From positions 47,436,581-47,500,580 of the forward strand of contig NC_092388.1 of the NCBI RefSeq assembly GCF_030028105.1: a DNA stretch of 64,000 nucleotides, written 5' to 3'. The stretch comes from Mobula birostris. Lineage: Eukaryota. The notes under the pieces were generated by a model. It did not search any database. It saw only the letters and a program-made list of their open reading frames with translations, and had not been told where the DNA came from. A program made the translations under genes and the position numbers. This document shows positions 38,120-50,599 of the stretch, one piece after another (positions within the stretch are counted from its first letter, which is position 1; every line of letters starts with the position of its first letter).

Positions 38120-38395
38120 AATGAAATGGCATGGAGTAGGGCCTTCCAGCCCCTCGAGCCACATTGCCCCAACAACCCCACAACCCCAGTTAACCCTAAT
38201 CTAATTTACAATGGCCAATTAACCGAAGCAGTACGTCTTTGGACTGTGGGAGGAAACCGGAGCACCCGGAGAAAACCCACACATTCCACGAGGAGGACGT
38301 ACAGAGACTCCATACAGAACGACGCTGGAATTGAACTCTGAACTCACGAACACCCGGAGCTGTAATACTGTCGCGCTAACCGCCACGTTCCCATG
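38120..38395 (-). mobile_element. V-domain tRNA-derived SINE
   Basis: gtgggaggaaaccggagcacccggagaaaacccac; ggaattgaact; cgctaaccgccac (box A complement). Confidence 0.8.
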
Positions 38396-40519
38396 TGGTT
38401 ACATCTATTTTTTGTACATTTACTTCAATTTGCAAAATCAAACTATTCAGTTCCTATGATGACCCACAAGTGCTACCCTAACAGAGAAGCCTACATCCTG
38501 TTGAAGAAACTTAAAAGCAGATGCTTATTACGCTGAATTAACTGTGCCAAGTTTAATGGGAAATTAACATGTAAATGCAATGACTTTGTGAAACTCCATG
38601 GGATATTAAATGTCAGATGCCACTTTCTATAAACCAGTGGCAGAAGAGAGCACAACTCACGACACATTATCTTTTCCTCACTTGCATTTTGTTTGCACAC
38701 ATTTATCTGGCCTAGGGTGCATTTTTGTCACTTATAATGCACAACACATTTAGATTTTGCTTGTAATACCCAGAGAAGATGATGCAGAATGGTCATAGAA
38801 GCCATCAAAAAGATGGAATTAATGATGAGGCTGTTCTCATTTAGATAGGCTATTCTCAAATTGCCTGTACTTTATAAATTCATCTCCATCATTTGGTCTG
38901 AACATTAGCACATGATGGGATTCTGATTAGATCTTTGTTTGGATACACAGTTCATTAGTCTCCTCCTAGACCCTGAGGCTTTAACTGTTCTGGCTGTTTA
39001 GTAGATGTGTGAATGAAGAGGTGGTTTTAAATTTTGCAGATTTCTCTTTTACGTGAATATTATAGGAGGTAACCTTTGGTTTGAGTATAAGTGGTTGTTA
39101 AATGCGATACCTTATTTGTAAATTAAAGTTTTTATTGCAGTCAACCCTTTTGTGCATGAGAAGTTACCAAGAACAGACAGAGAAGTATAATTCCGAAGTC
39201 TAATTAATCATCAATCCCCTGTTCTTTCTGCATGGGATTGCAATCCTTTCCTTTTCAATAAAGTACACAATTGCCTACTGAGAATTACAATTGAATCTGT
39301 AGCCACTACTCCTTTATGCAGTATGTTCATGTGAAAAAAAGTGTCTTCCTCATCTCCTCTCTGAAACTTTTACCAATTATCTTAAATCTGTGCCCCTTAT
39401 ATATTGGTCCTTTTGGCTATGGGGCCAGTTTCTTCCTATTTGCTAGTTTTGAACACAATAAGTAAATTTCTGCCTAATCTTCTGTGCTCTATTAAGCCTT
39501 CTTTCCATAGAGTCCAAGAGTCATACAATATGGAAATCAGCCTTCAGCCTAACTGGTTTCTAGTGACCAAGACGCCCCATCCAAGCTGGTCCCATTTGCC
39601 AACATTTTGCCCAGGACCTTCTGACTTTTGAAGTCCAACACTCATTCGAAAGTTGTTGTTGTACCTGTCCCAACGACTTCCTCCTTGTGGTTATAGTTGC
39701 AATTAAAAAATCATGATAGTATATTGGTTAATGCTCTTAATGCAGACAATTGACAGAGTCTTGGTCTTTGGACATGACCGGAGTATATGGGGGGTAGGGG
39801 GCAAGGGCTTTTTGGATGAGATTGGGGCTTGCGATTTTTGGTGTATGGACATTGTAAATTGGGGTGGAGGGCTGAAGCAGTTGTAGCTGACCTGTCCACT
39901 CTCAGAAGGTGGTATCAGTTTTAAGGAAATTAAGAATCTACAGAGTAATGTATTTTTTTCATATTTACACTCAATTTAGCTGGACATCTTGAGACACCCA
40001 GGCAAAGTAAAAGGAAGTGATAAGGGCTGGATTTATCATCTAAGGATGAATGGAGTAAATATGTGGGCAAGTCTGAAGCTGGAGATGAGGAGCAAATGAG
40101 AGGGAGTGTCATTAATGATGTAACTGCAGCGTCAGCTACTCACATGACACGGTGACTTTATTAAAACAAATCTGTATTCATTACAACCAGTGAATCATGT
40201 CAGTTGTGGCATCTAGTCTTCCTTGCGAGTGATGTTAAGATGAAGCAGTTCTACAACCAGAAAACTGCCTGTTGTACCAATGTCATTGGTTTTCCCTCGA
40301 TCCATACCTTCCCATTCGTCTTCAGGCTTCTGATCCAGAGACTAAGATGGGAAAAGCAGGAATGTGGACCAATGCAAAGAAAATGCAAATCTATGAAAGA
40401 GAAGAAACTTCATTGCCTGATATTTTCTCTTATATCTAAGGCAAACTCATGGTGAAGTACACAGACCTTTTCCCACTGGTTCTATGTGAAGTAATTTAAA
40501 GTCCTTCAGTAGAGGTAGA

Positions 40520-41280
40520 GTTAGGATGTTTCATTCCCTGCTCTGACTCCAGGAATCCACTTGATTGATGCCCTCTGAGCTTTGGGAAGCAAGAGGGCTC
40601 CACCAGACAGCTTCTTCTGTGGCTGTTTACAGAAATGGGGACAAGAAGGTCAAGATTATATGTTGTCTACTTAATGGGGTGGAGTGCTGAGGAGTAATTT
40701 CCATATCCCCTTGTGCCATTCCTTAATCTTCTCAGGTCAGCTACACTTCCCTCCAACACTTTGATGCTGCAGAGCAAGTTGGTGCTGGTCACTGGGTCAC
40801 AGTAAAGGGTTAGGATTAAATAGTTCACCATCCAGTTCAATACACTAAACTTTCTGGTATGCATATTGTTCAGGTCCTGAATGATACCTTCATATTCACA
40901 TGCTGAGAAAGTTTGATGTTCTGGTTCCATTTACTGTGCTGCAAGCAGGTTCGGAAGGTACCTGAACAGTCTGCCAGCCCATTGCATGTTTTCTGATACT
41001 CCTTCCTGATTATCCTCTCAATTGACATCACCTCTACACATGCAGTGCAGCTAAGCAATGTTTCTGGGGAGAGGGGAAAAGGGCATGCTTTTCCTTTGAT
41101 AACGACTCTCAAATTTCTATCACCACAACTACCCTTGAAAACTTTTGAAGTGATATCACCTGCTATGTTGATTGAATTGGGAGAGACCTTGAGAGAGGCC
41201 AGTTATTGGATTTATCCTGTCATGGTAGAATTTTCACATCACTATGGACACAATAAATTTTACCCACTGCTGAGGTTACG
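40520..41280 (-). mobile_element. Old L1-Tx1-like LINE remnant
   Basis: Degenerate minus-strand ORF2-like pieces, e.g. SIERIIRKE. Confidence 0.4.
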
Positions 41281-42394
41281 TCCTCATTATTGATTGGAGA
41301 TGCAAGGGATTTCAGTTGCTGGAATCTGTATAATTCACAGATACAACTTGAGTTGCTGAGTTCTTCCAGTAACTTTTATGTAACTTCCAGTAACTTTTAT
41401 GCGTGTTGCTTGAAATTCCAGCATCTGCAGATTTCCTCGTGTTTGCATCTTCCAGTAGTTTGTTTCTTACTCCACATGCTTAGACAACATTCCCATGAAT
41501 TATATTTCATCAAAATATCAAGTAGATTGCTCAGCATCTCTTCATCTTCAATGGCCAGGGATGTCAAGATGCCACTGACCTCCTGGGCTTTGTCCTCTGC
41601 TTTGTGTGGCATGCAGATGCCCAATTCCATCCTTTGCATTTTGCACTCTTTTCTCTGATAGTTATAAGGTTCTCACTTGATAAGTAGAGTCTGTGTAGTC
41701 AGGGAGGGCATAAATAGTGTAAAGATTACATTGATTTGTAATGGTGGGTGGATAGATTGGGACATGGGGAAGTACATAGGAAAACAAGGAAGGCTCTGCT
41801 TAGCATTAGATTTCAAGACCAATGTAAGTGAACATGGTTGTCATGACAGAGTGAGGAATGAAATAAGTTGGGTGCATTTTCGGGTATAATGACCTTTTCT
41901 GACCTGTTTGGATTATTAAAGCACTTCCTGCAGGAAATCCGGAAATCCACAGGTATAGTATAGTGCCCCTGGTTCTGACCACTTGAGCTACTTTCAGCCG
42001 TGGCTTCTTTATGGCAGATTTATTTCACCCATGGCCAAGATTCTCTCTGTGGCTTCTGACTGATCTACATGAAAGGCACTATGCAAGTTGAGTTCAGTCT
42101 TTGACAGTGTTAAGTTCATTTTCAAATAGAATAGGAAGTTACAGTATGAGTGATCTCTATCAGCTGGTGGATGGAATTCATTGGAAATAGATTCATAATT
42201 CAATGAAAACTGGAAATAATGGGGGTTTTTAGCAGGCTAGCTAGCAATCAGGGCTAACATTTCAGGTCGGCTGAGTCCTTCCTGAACTTTCTGTTCTTAT
42301 TTTAACTTTCAGGTTTCTGTTGCTGCGGTTCATGCTATCACAGCCCATTATGTGGTTCTATCAAATCTCTTGATCTCTTGATAACCTACTCTGC

Positions 42395-42735
42395 TCATAG
42401 AACATAGAAGAGTAAAATAGGCCCTTTGGCCCACAAAGTTGGGTCAAACCAGCTAAAAAGTAAATCAAAAGAAGCCCCAAGCAATAATCCCTCCTACCTA
42501 CGCAGTGTCTATATTCCCTCTATCTTCTTTTAATCCATCTACCTATCTAACCATCTTTACAAAGCCTCAAACGTACTTGCCTCTACCGCCATTCCACGCA
42601 GCCACCATTCTCTGAGTAAAAACTTACCCCTCTGACTTCCTTTGAACCTACCCCCTCTCACCTTCAAGGCCCCTGGTATTAGACAAAGGGAAAGATACTC
42701 TCTGTCCACTCTATCTATTGTATGCCTCTCATATG
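42395..42735 (-). mobile_element. CR1 LINE 3' fragment
   Basis: LKVRGGRFKGSQRGKF; catagaacatagaa tail. Confidence 0.8.
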
Positions 42736-42840
42736 AGAAATGGAGTAACCATTTCTGAATGGACAATGAACCCATGGATACTACCCCACTATTTAAAAAA
42801 AAAATATATTTCATGTTGTATTTATGATATATTTTATTGT

Positions 42841-43148
42841 AGGCACGTGGCCAAGTGGTTAAGGCATTGGACTAGCAACCTGAAGGTCGTGAGTTCGAGC
42901 CCCAGCTGAGGCAACGTGTTGTGTCCTTGAGCAAGGCACTTAATCACACATTGCTCTGCAGCAACACTGGTGCCAAGCTGTATGGGTCCTAATGCCCTTC
43001 CCTTGGACAACACTGGTGTCGTGGAGAGGGGAGACTTGCAGCGTGGGCAACTGCCGGTCTTCCATACCACCTTGCCCAGGCCTGTGCCCTGGGGAGTGAA
43101 GACTTTCCAGGCGCAGATCCATGGTCTCGCAAGACTAACGGATGCCTT
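42841..43148 (+). mobile_element. tRNA-derived SINE with CORE-like middle and RTE-like tail
   Basis: Box A tggccaagtgg, box B gagttcgagcc, gtgtccttgagcaaggcactta, tail gatccatggtctcgcaagactaacggatgcct. Confidence 0.85.
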
Positions 43149-43552
43149 TATATTTATATATTATGTATTACTGCTGCAGATTTCACAACATATGTCAATG
43201 GTAATAAACTTGATTCTGAATCTCCAACATATAAATTAAAATAATAAAAAATGGTAAATGCTCAAATACTGAAATGGAAAATGATATCAATACACAACAA
43301 GTGGGGCCACATCTGTGAGAATCTTTCAGTTCTGACTGTGTCTTTGACCTGAAACTTTAATTCTATTTCTCTTCCAATGGATGCAGCCTGAGCTGCTGAG
43401 TACTTCCAGCAGGTCGTGTTTTTATTACAGCGATCTATAAAAAGCATTAAAATGCCTTGCTTTTGTAGAAGTTACATACTTCTAAAACCAGATCCTCTCT
43501 AACCAAACATTTTTTTTATTCTAATTGTTACTGTATGGACTATTTCAAAGAA

Positions 43553-43553
<1 letters not shown>

Positions 43554-43592
<39 letters not shown>
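43554..43592 (+). repeat. (TG)n microsatellite
   Basis: Directly visible. Confidence 0.95.
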
Positions 43593-43594
<2 letters not shown>

Positions 43595-45765
43595 CCTGGG
43601 GTTTATTCAAATTACAGAAGGCTCCAGACTACATCATTGTGTTATGCACTGAAATTAGATTAAGGCAGAATGAATTTTAATGCATGTAATGCAATTTTGT
43701 AAACTGGTCAAAATAATACCTATAAGTCCAATGGGGGCAATTGTAACGATAGTATAAGTAGTCAGTGTACAATGGATTATGAAGGAGCGGGGCCAAAATA
43801 ATGCAGCTTTTTCAGAACATGATCTGCTTAGTAGAATTGGCTGCAAAGGGTGCTGGCACACAGCTCTCCTGTATGATTCAGTCAATCTATTGTTGAGAGA
43901 AGGAATATATCTTATTTGGGACTTTCCTATGGGTCAGATATTGTATAAATAACAAGAAACTGGACCTAACCTGATTCTGTGCAGCATCCACTAATAACAT
44001 TACCAAAATTAGTCAGGTGCCTTGATTCCTGATTCCAGCCAAAAACGTCAACAGTAATGGTAACAGTAGTAAATATGAAAGAGCTTTTTCTCTTCTGTTA
44101 CTAGTTGGCAAAATTCTAAGCACTATCAATGAGATAGGGAGGTAAACTAGAAAACCTTGAGCACGAGTAATGAATGTTCTCTCCCTGGTCTCACTTTGAA
44201 TTCTTGCCAAAGTACAATTTGAATCTTAATTTCAAAGATAGTTGTCATTCACTGTTGGTTTCTGAGTCGTTTTATGCGTATTGATCAGCATATCAGCATC
44301 GCAGAGATGGTCTTGTATTCAGAGAACATTTAGCTTCCAGCCTCAGATTGAAATTAGAGTGATCAATGCGAAATAATGAAGCAAGAGGCAGGAAATGGAT
44401 TGATACATAGACGAGAGTGAAGATGAAAGTTTCAGTTCGTTGGTGGCATCTTGTCTTCAAAAGAAAATATCAGCTCTGCTAGTATTGTAAATGGATAGCA
44501 TATGGAAGAACCCACAAACTATCTTTGAGTGTCATTTTTACATGAATCACGAGAAGTAAGCAGTACACCTGTCTGCAAAACACAAAACCATAAAAAAGTG
44601 CACACCTGGCTAGCTATTTCATTACTGAACTGGTAGTTTTATTTTTACCTGCTAATAGAACGAATTGATTCAAATATTCATCCCAATGTGTAAACTGCAA
44701 AATCAGCTCTAGAAAACAATTCATTAATAAGGAAGACATTGTGTGAGATGCTATCACCCATATTTATCTATTTTTAAAGTTGCAATGTTTACTCCATGTC
44801 CTAATTTTATTTTTACTGCATTAGTATGTAACTCCAGTTCAGTTGTATAATGTATTTGATGTCTGCAACTGATTACCATTCAATAAAATGGATGCTCTTG
44901 AAACTGACATCTCACCACTTCGTTGAATTCATTGACAGTAATATCATTAGGTCTACAGTATATCTTGTTTTACTTACTGCAATGAATCTTAGTCAACTAG
45001 CCTAGTTTAAGTGAATGCTAATTAATTTAGACTACGTGTAACTTTATCTTATTGACTTATTAGATCAAATGTAAATATACATGTAATTCCTGAATTCTAT
45101 TGTTCTTTTTGAACCAATACTCACAGTGGCTACTTTTCTCACACCAAAACAGGGGATCTCCTATTGCCAAAGAACAGATCCTTCTCCCTGATCGGGACAT
45201 AGAGTCTTCTGTGCGATAGTTGGCCTCCCCAATGCTCCCGCTCGTTTGTTCCCTGCATTCTCACTGCTGTACTTCTAAAAAATTTGATCATTATTCTTTT
45301 CTCTTATAACGTTTGACCATCCCTTTATATTTATTGCTGATTCTGGCCATTTCACACTTATTATAGCCAGTTCAAGTCAGTCGCTGGGCTCAGGCCACTC
45401 CAGTTCATCTCCCATGTTGGAGCTTCTGCTTTATCAAAGAGTATCCCACAAAATAACTTCAAATTTAGTAATGATCTCTGATTATCAGTTTATTGGTAGA
45501 GCAATCATTACGTCTATTTTCAAGTACTTCAATCCAGAAAGAGTTAATTCTCATAATGGCAGTCTTCAATTCTTCCAGCACCTAGTGTGAGCTCAGACAT
45601 TTTTTTCTACTCATCCACTAGCCTGGACTTATTCCAAATAGCTGTTCTACAGATTTTTTATTTCTTCAGACCAACAGTGCTGATGTTTTAACAAGAGCGT
45701 GGCATAATGAAGGGCATCAATAAAAAATAAATATATAAAATATAATAAGTAAATAAATGAACAAG

Positions 45766-45915
45766 NNNNNNNNNNNNNNNNNNNNNNNNNNNNNNNNNNN
45801 NNNNNNNNNNNNNNNNNNNNNNNNNNNNNNNNNNNNNNNNNNNNNNNNNNNNNNNNNNNNNNNNNNNNNNNNNNNNNNNNNNNNNNNNNNNNNNNNNNNN
45901 NNNNNNNNNNNNNNN
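45766..45915. other. Assembly gap (150 N)
   Basis: Run of N. Confidence 1.
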
Positions 45916-47493
45916 AAGCATGGATAGAGGATTGGTTAACCAATAGAAGAAGGAAAAGAGTTGAGGTATATGGGTGTTTCTCGGATTGGCAGTCAGTGAT
46001 GAGTAGAGTGCTGCAGGGGTTGGCGCAGAGCCCGTAATTTGCAATTGTTCAATGATCTACTCTTCGGTAATAATGATCAGAGAGGCGCAGAGAGAATTTG
46101 TAATTAGCACAAGTACCTTTACTGTCTTAATGGAAGAGCTCATGAATTTACACAACTGGAGTCAAACTTTCATTCATGCTCCATTCTGCAGCCTGCTTAC
46201 CATGAAGTTTGTGCACCCTGTCTCTGCCTCCCAGAATCCTCTCAGAGACTGCAGAGTGTTGGAACATTCAAACCATCTCCAAACAGCGAAGCTGAAACAT
46301 TCAAGATGAAAGACAAACATAAAAGACGTATAAGAAAATGTCTACTGAAGGAGCATTGTACATAGGCGCCATCTTGTCTGGAAGTCCTGACAAAACCAGT
46401 TCACAAAATGGAGGATACAGAGCAGCTTCACAAAATGGCAGACCCCATTCTTCTGACCTCATAGCAAAACCAAAGACAATTGATTTGTCTACTTCCAGTG
46501 CCCTCGATTCATTTGAATTCACTGATTTGTAGACTATAGTTCTTTCTAGCTAACAATATACATTACAATTTGGATGAGGGGGCCGAGTGTAACTTATCTA
46601 AATTTGCTGATGACATTAAACTGATAGAAAAGCAAATTGTTCAGATGATGAGTAGAGTGTGTGGGGAGATATAAGAAGGTTAGGTGATTGGGCAATGATC
46701 TATCAGATGGAATACAACATTGGTAAATGCCAGGTCATCCACTTTGGAAGGAAAAGTAGAAAATCAGATTATTATTCAAATTGTGAAAGATTACAGGATG
46801 CTGTTGTGTGGAGACTTGGGAGTGCTAGTGAATGAATTGAAAAAGATTAATTTGCAAGTACAACAGATTATCAAGAAGGCAAACGGAATGTTGGCCTTCA
46901 TTGCTAGAGGGATTGAATTTATGAATGGAGAGGTTATGCGGCAACTGTACAGGGAACTGGTGAGGTTGTGCCTGGAGTACTGCATGCAGTTTTAGTCTCC
47001 TTGAGGAAAGATATACTGGCTTTGGAGGCGGTGCTGAGGAGGTTCATTAGGTTGATTCCAGAGATGAGGGGGTTAGCCTGTAAGGAGAGATTCAGTTGCC
47101 TGGGACTATACTCTTTCAAGTTCAGAAGAATGAGAGGGGATCTTATGGAAACATATAAAATTATAAAAGGTATAGATAAGAAAGAGGCAGGAATGTTGTT
47201 TCCACAGGTAGATGATATTAGGGGACAAAGCCCCAAGAATAGATGTAGGACAGAGATGAGGAGAAACTACCCTTTCCAGAGAGCAGTAAACCTGTGGAAC
47301 TCTCTGCCCAGGGAAGCAGTAGAAGCTACCTCATTAAAGATAGTTCAGGCACAGTTAAATGGGTTTTTGCATAGCAGGGAAAAAGAGTAATGGGAAAAAG
47401 ACAGATAGGTGAAGCTGACTCTATGGCTAGATCAGCAATGATCTTATTGAATAGCCAACGACTCCTGCTCCTATTTCTTATGTTTTTATGTTA
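45916..47493 (+). mobile_element. CR1 LINE RT-to-3' fragment interrupted at ~46045-46550
   Basis: WIEDWLTNRR, SKFADDIKL, KKANGMLAFIARG, LWNSLPREAVEA; CR1 tail. Confidence 0.9.
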
Positions 47494-47606
47494 TGTGAAT
47501 AATTCAAAGCAACTCCAGATAAAATGGAAGAAAGCAAGGGGTAGTGACTAAAATAAATGAAGTAAGGTTGAATATCTTCTCTTTAAACAGACCAATGGTG
47601 TCAAGG

Positions 47607-47718
47607 CAATACTCACAACATGCTGGAGGAACTCAGCAGGCCGGGCAGCATCCGTGGAAACGATCAGTCAATGTTTCGGGCCAGAACCCTCCGTCATCTG
47701 CAGGTTATTTTGTGCTTA
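47607..47718 (-). mobile_element. Very short Penelope terminal insertion with 14-bp target duplication
   Basis: caatggtgtcaagg at 47593-47606 and 47719-47732; inside, minus strand tgacggagggttctggcccgaaacattgactg. Confidence 0.85.
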
Positions 47719-48418
47719 CAATGGTGTCAAGGATAGTCAGCTCAGTCTCCAGTTCCATGGGTTTCTGAGGTGATCGAAAAATCCCTTGTGGCATCCATAG
47801 ACTTTGTCATAGATGGGACAAGTAATGCTTGAAACAGCAGGTGGGTGGCCTGTTTTGGAGGCGGTGTGCCCCTTCCACCATTTTTCAGTGACACCTGTGC
47901 CCTTCCATTCATGAGACTCAAAGTGTTCAGTGCCTTCTGGAATGTTCCTTCTCCATTCTGAGTGCTCATGGGCCAGAGATTACCATGAGGTGAGGAGAAT
48001 GTTATATTTTTTCAGGTAAAGTTTGGGAACATCCGTGAAACATTTCCTCCCGGAAATCTCTTGCTATTGATTCAGCTCAGAAAAAAAGGCCTATTTTGGG
48101 ATCTGGCTTATGACTATGGAACCCACACATCAGAATGTAATTACAATTTATTTAAAATGGAGGAGGAACATCCAGGAAGGTTCTGAAAATTCTCAGTATC
48201 TGGAATGGGAGGGCACAGGGCCTGTTCAAAAATAGTGGAAAGAGCAGATAATCTCGAAGCAACTCATCGTCCTGCCCTTTCAAATGTCCCTTCCCATCTA
48301 TTCAAATTCAAGTTCTGTTTATTGGCATTGAACTGTACACATGTATACCAGCAAACGAAACAATATTTCTCCGAACCAAGGTGCACAACACAGTACATAT
48401 AACTCGCATGCATAATAC

Positions 48419-48844
48419 TGTCACCGTGTTCAGATATGCCCCAAGTGCAGAGTGAGAGATACTGAAGCGGGTCGATAGTTCACAGACTTTAATGCGAACA
48501 GTGTTAAAGGGGAAATAAAACAATAAACACTAGGCCAAACAGGGTTGCTAACTAAAACTCTCAAATGGAAAAACGAAGCCTAAACTGCGGCTGAAAAGAA
48601 CGACTAAGACTAAAACGAATACCGCTAGTCTTCAGAGTCAGTTGACTCGACAGTCCAATTTCTCAGGCAAGACCGAACACAAACAGGCAGCGAAGCATTG
48701 CTGTGCTGTCCAAATCTCGACAAGCACTATGATGACAAGTATGGAGTTAAATACTATCACAATGAACTAATAATTAGCTGACATGTGTATATTCACAAGA
48801 GCAATTGCTGTATCTACTGCGCTGCTGAATCCATGGATGTGACA
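48419..48844 (-). mobile_element. Solo LTR, 426 bp, inserted in a minus-strand LINE tail
   Basis: TGTCAC...GTGACA inverted termini; flanks aatac/aatgc; ATTAAA on the minus strand; homologous to 18841-20215. Confidence 0.88.
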
Positions 48845-50599
48845 AATGCATAAAGTAATATTACCAGAAATAAATTAGTGAATAATAAATTGCCTATACC
48901 ATCCAAGTTAAAAAGTAAAAGGTATAACATGACTGGCGCTTCATATGTGATGAAAAGTATGTTGAGAACTGGGTGGTGGGAGGGATTGCAGTAGTCTTAT
49001 GGCCTGGGGGAAGAAGATGTTTCCATCCTCGCAGTAATCCTAATGCTACAGTAACCCCTGCCTGATTGTAGGGGGTCAAAGAGATGGTTAGACGATGTTG
49101 GCCTGGGTAAGGATCACTTACCTTGGCAATGGATTTGGAGGACTGATTGTATTTGGAGCCTGTATCTCCTCTTTCTAGTTCTCATATCCTCATGATTTAA
49201 TTATGGTAATGACACTAACTGTCAAAAGAAGATTGGACTCATTGGACATATGTCTGTTGTTTCACAGCTTAGATTACTCTCATTTCAATCTGATACAGGA
49301 ATCTAAATGTACTCTGTATGCAAAACCAACACTATTTGGTAATCATGTCAGGAACAAATTTGGGAATGGAGTTGGGATAGACAGCAGCTGTGCATTGTTT
49401 CATTGGTTTCTCTCTCAGTGTTCTGCTGAGACATAATCCTAGCTACAGACAGGAGGAAGGAGTGCCTGTCGAGACTGAAGACTAAAATGGAAGTAATGGA
49501 GCAAGTTAGCAGCAGGGGTACTATGCCATTTAGATTCTCTACAGGAACTATTTAGTGACCAGGTCAGGGGAGTACATCTGCACATTTGTATATATCGAGC
49601 TGTGCAAATGATCCCATCCGTGCACACTGGCCACCCCCCCCCCCCCCACAAGCCCACTCCCTCACCTTGTTCCTTTCACACACATCTTACGTGAACTTGT
49701 CCTTTTTCCCACATGCAAGTCATCAGAGATATGTTTGAATTCTTTTTACAGGGCAAGACAGTACAAAACATCTAGGAGGGGAAGTGGAATGGAAGGAGTT
49801 CTCCGTATGTCTGATAGTTGGCAACTACAGTGGAGAAGACGCTGCTATTCAGTGGAACTGTAACATCACTGACTGCTGGGGTTGACATAATTAGATAAAA
49901 GTTATATGGCATCAAGATATATTGACTTCGTTATAACAGCAAGCGTAACAAGCTTCATAATGATGACATGTTACATATTCTTACATTGTCAGGATTGATT
50001 TATCTCACAGGAGTCTTAGAGCATTTTGTGTCTGCTGAAGTCTGTGGATAAGTTCTTAAATTCCTAAAGTGGTTGTGTTTCCTGGAGCATTGTAAGTATT
50101 TATGTGGCTTTCTAGTTTATAAGAGAATTGATTGTGGCTATGGTTAAGAGTCCAAGGAGTTAATATGTCAACTCGTAATTTTATTCTGTCAATTTAGGAG
50201 TTTAAAATATAATAAGTTATTACATGGTGAGCTGAGCAAAACTGCCAGTGGAAAGGATGGATAGTTTTGCATAAAGTACTGTCAAAAGTAATTCCATCTA
50301 TGCATCTCAAAGAATAAAGAATCAAATATACTTCACAATTTCTGAAATCTTCCTATCTTATAAAACATGCATAAGCATTTCTTATCATCCCTTTTACTGA
50401 AATCCTTAAAAATATCAGAATTCTCTGGAAGCATAATTTTGAAAGGGTTGTAGGGTCACTTGAAGTAGTTTCATCAAATTCCTGTGAAATCCTTCTCCAG
50501 GTAAGGTGTCAATACCTATAGAAAGTTAAAGAACTAATAATTAATTATCTTTGTATCTTAGGCCTATTGACATCACGCTGAATGGGTTTACAGTAAGTA

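Noticed and set aside
42841-42915. tRNA gene
   Set aside because: A/B boxes run straight into a SINE body and tail; no proper acceptor stem or terminator. The same applies to 56300-56374.
45647-46044. ORFs containing X runs
   Set aside because: Artefacts of the 150-N assembly gap.
49752-49804. Possible exon (ttttacag ... gtatgt)
   Set aside because: Weak donor site, no recognisable peptide and no supporting neighbouring exons.
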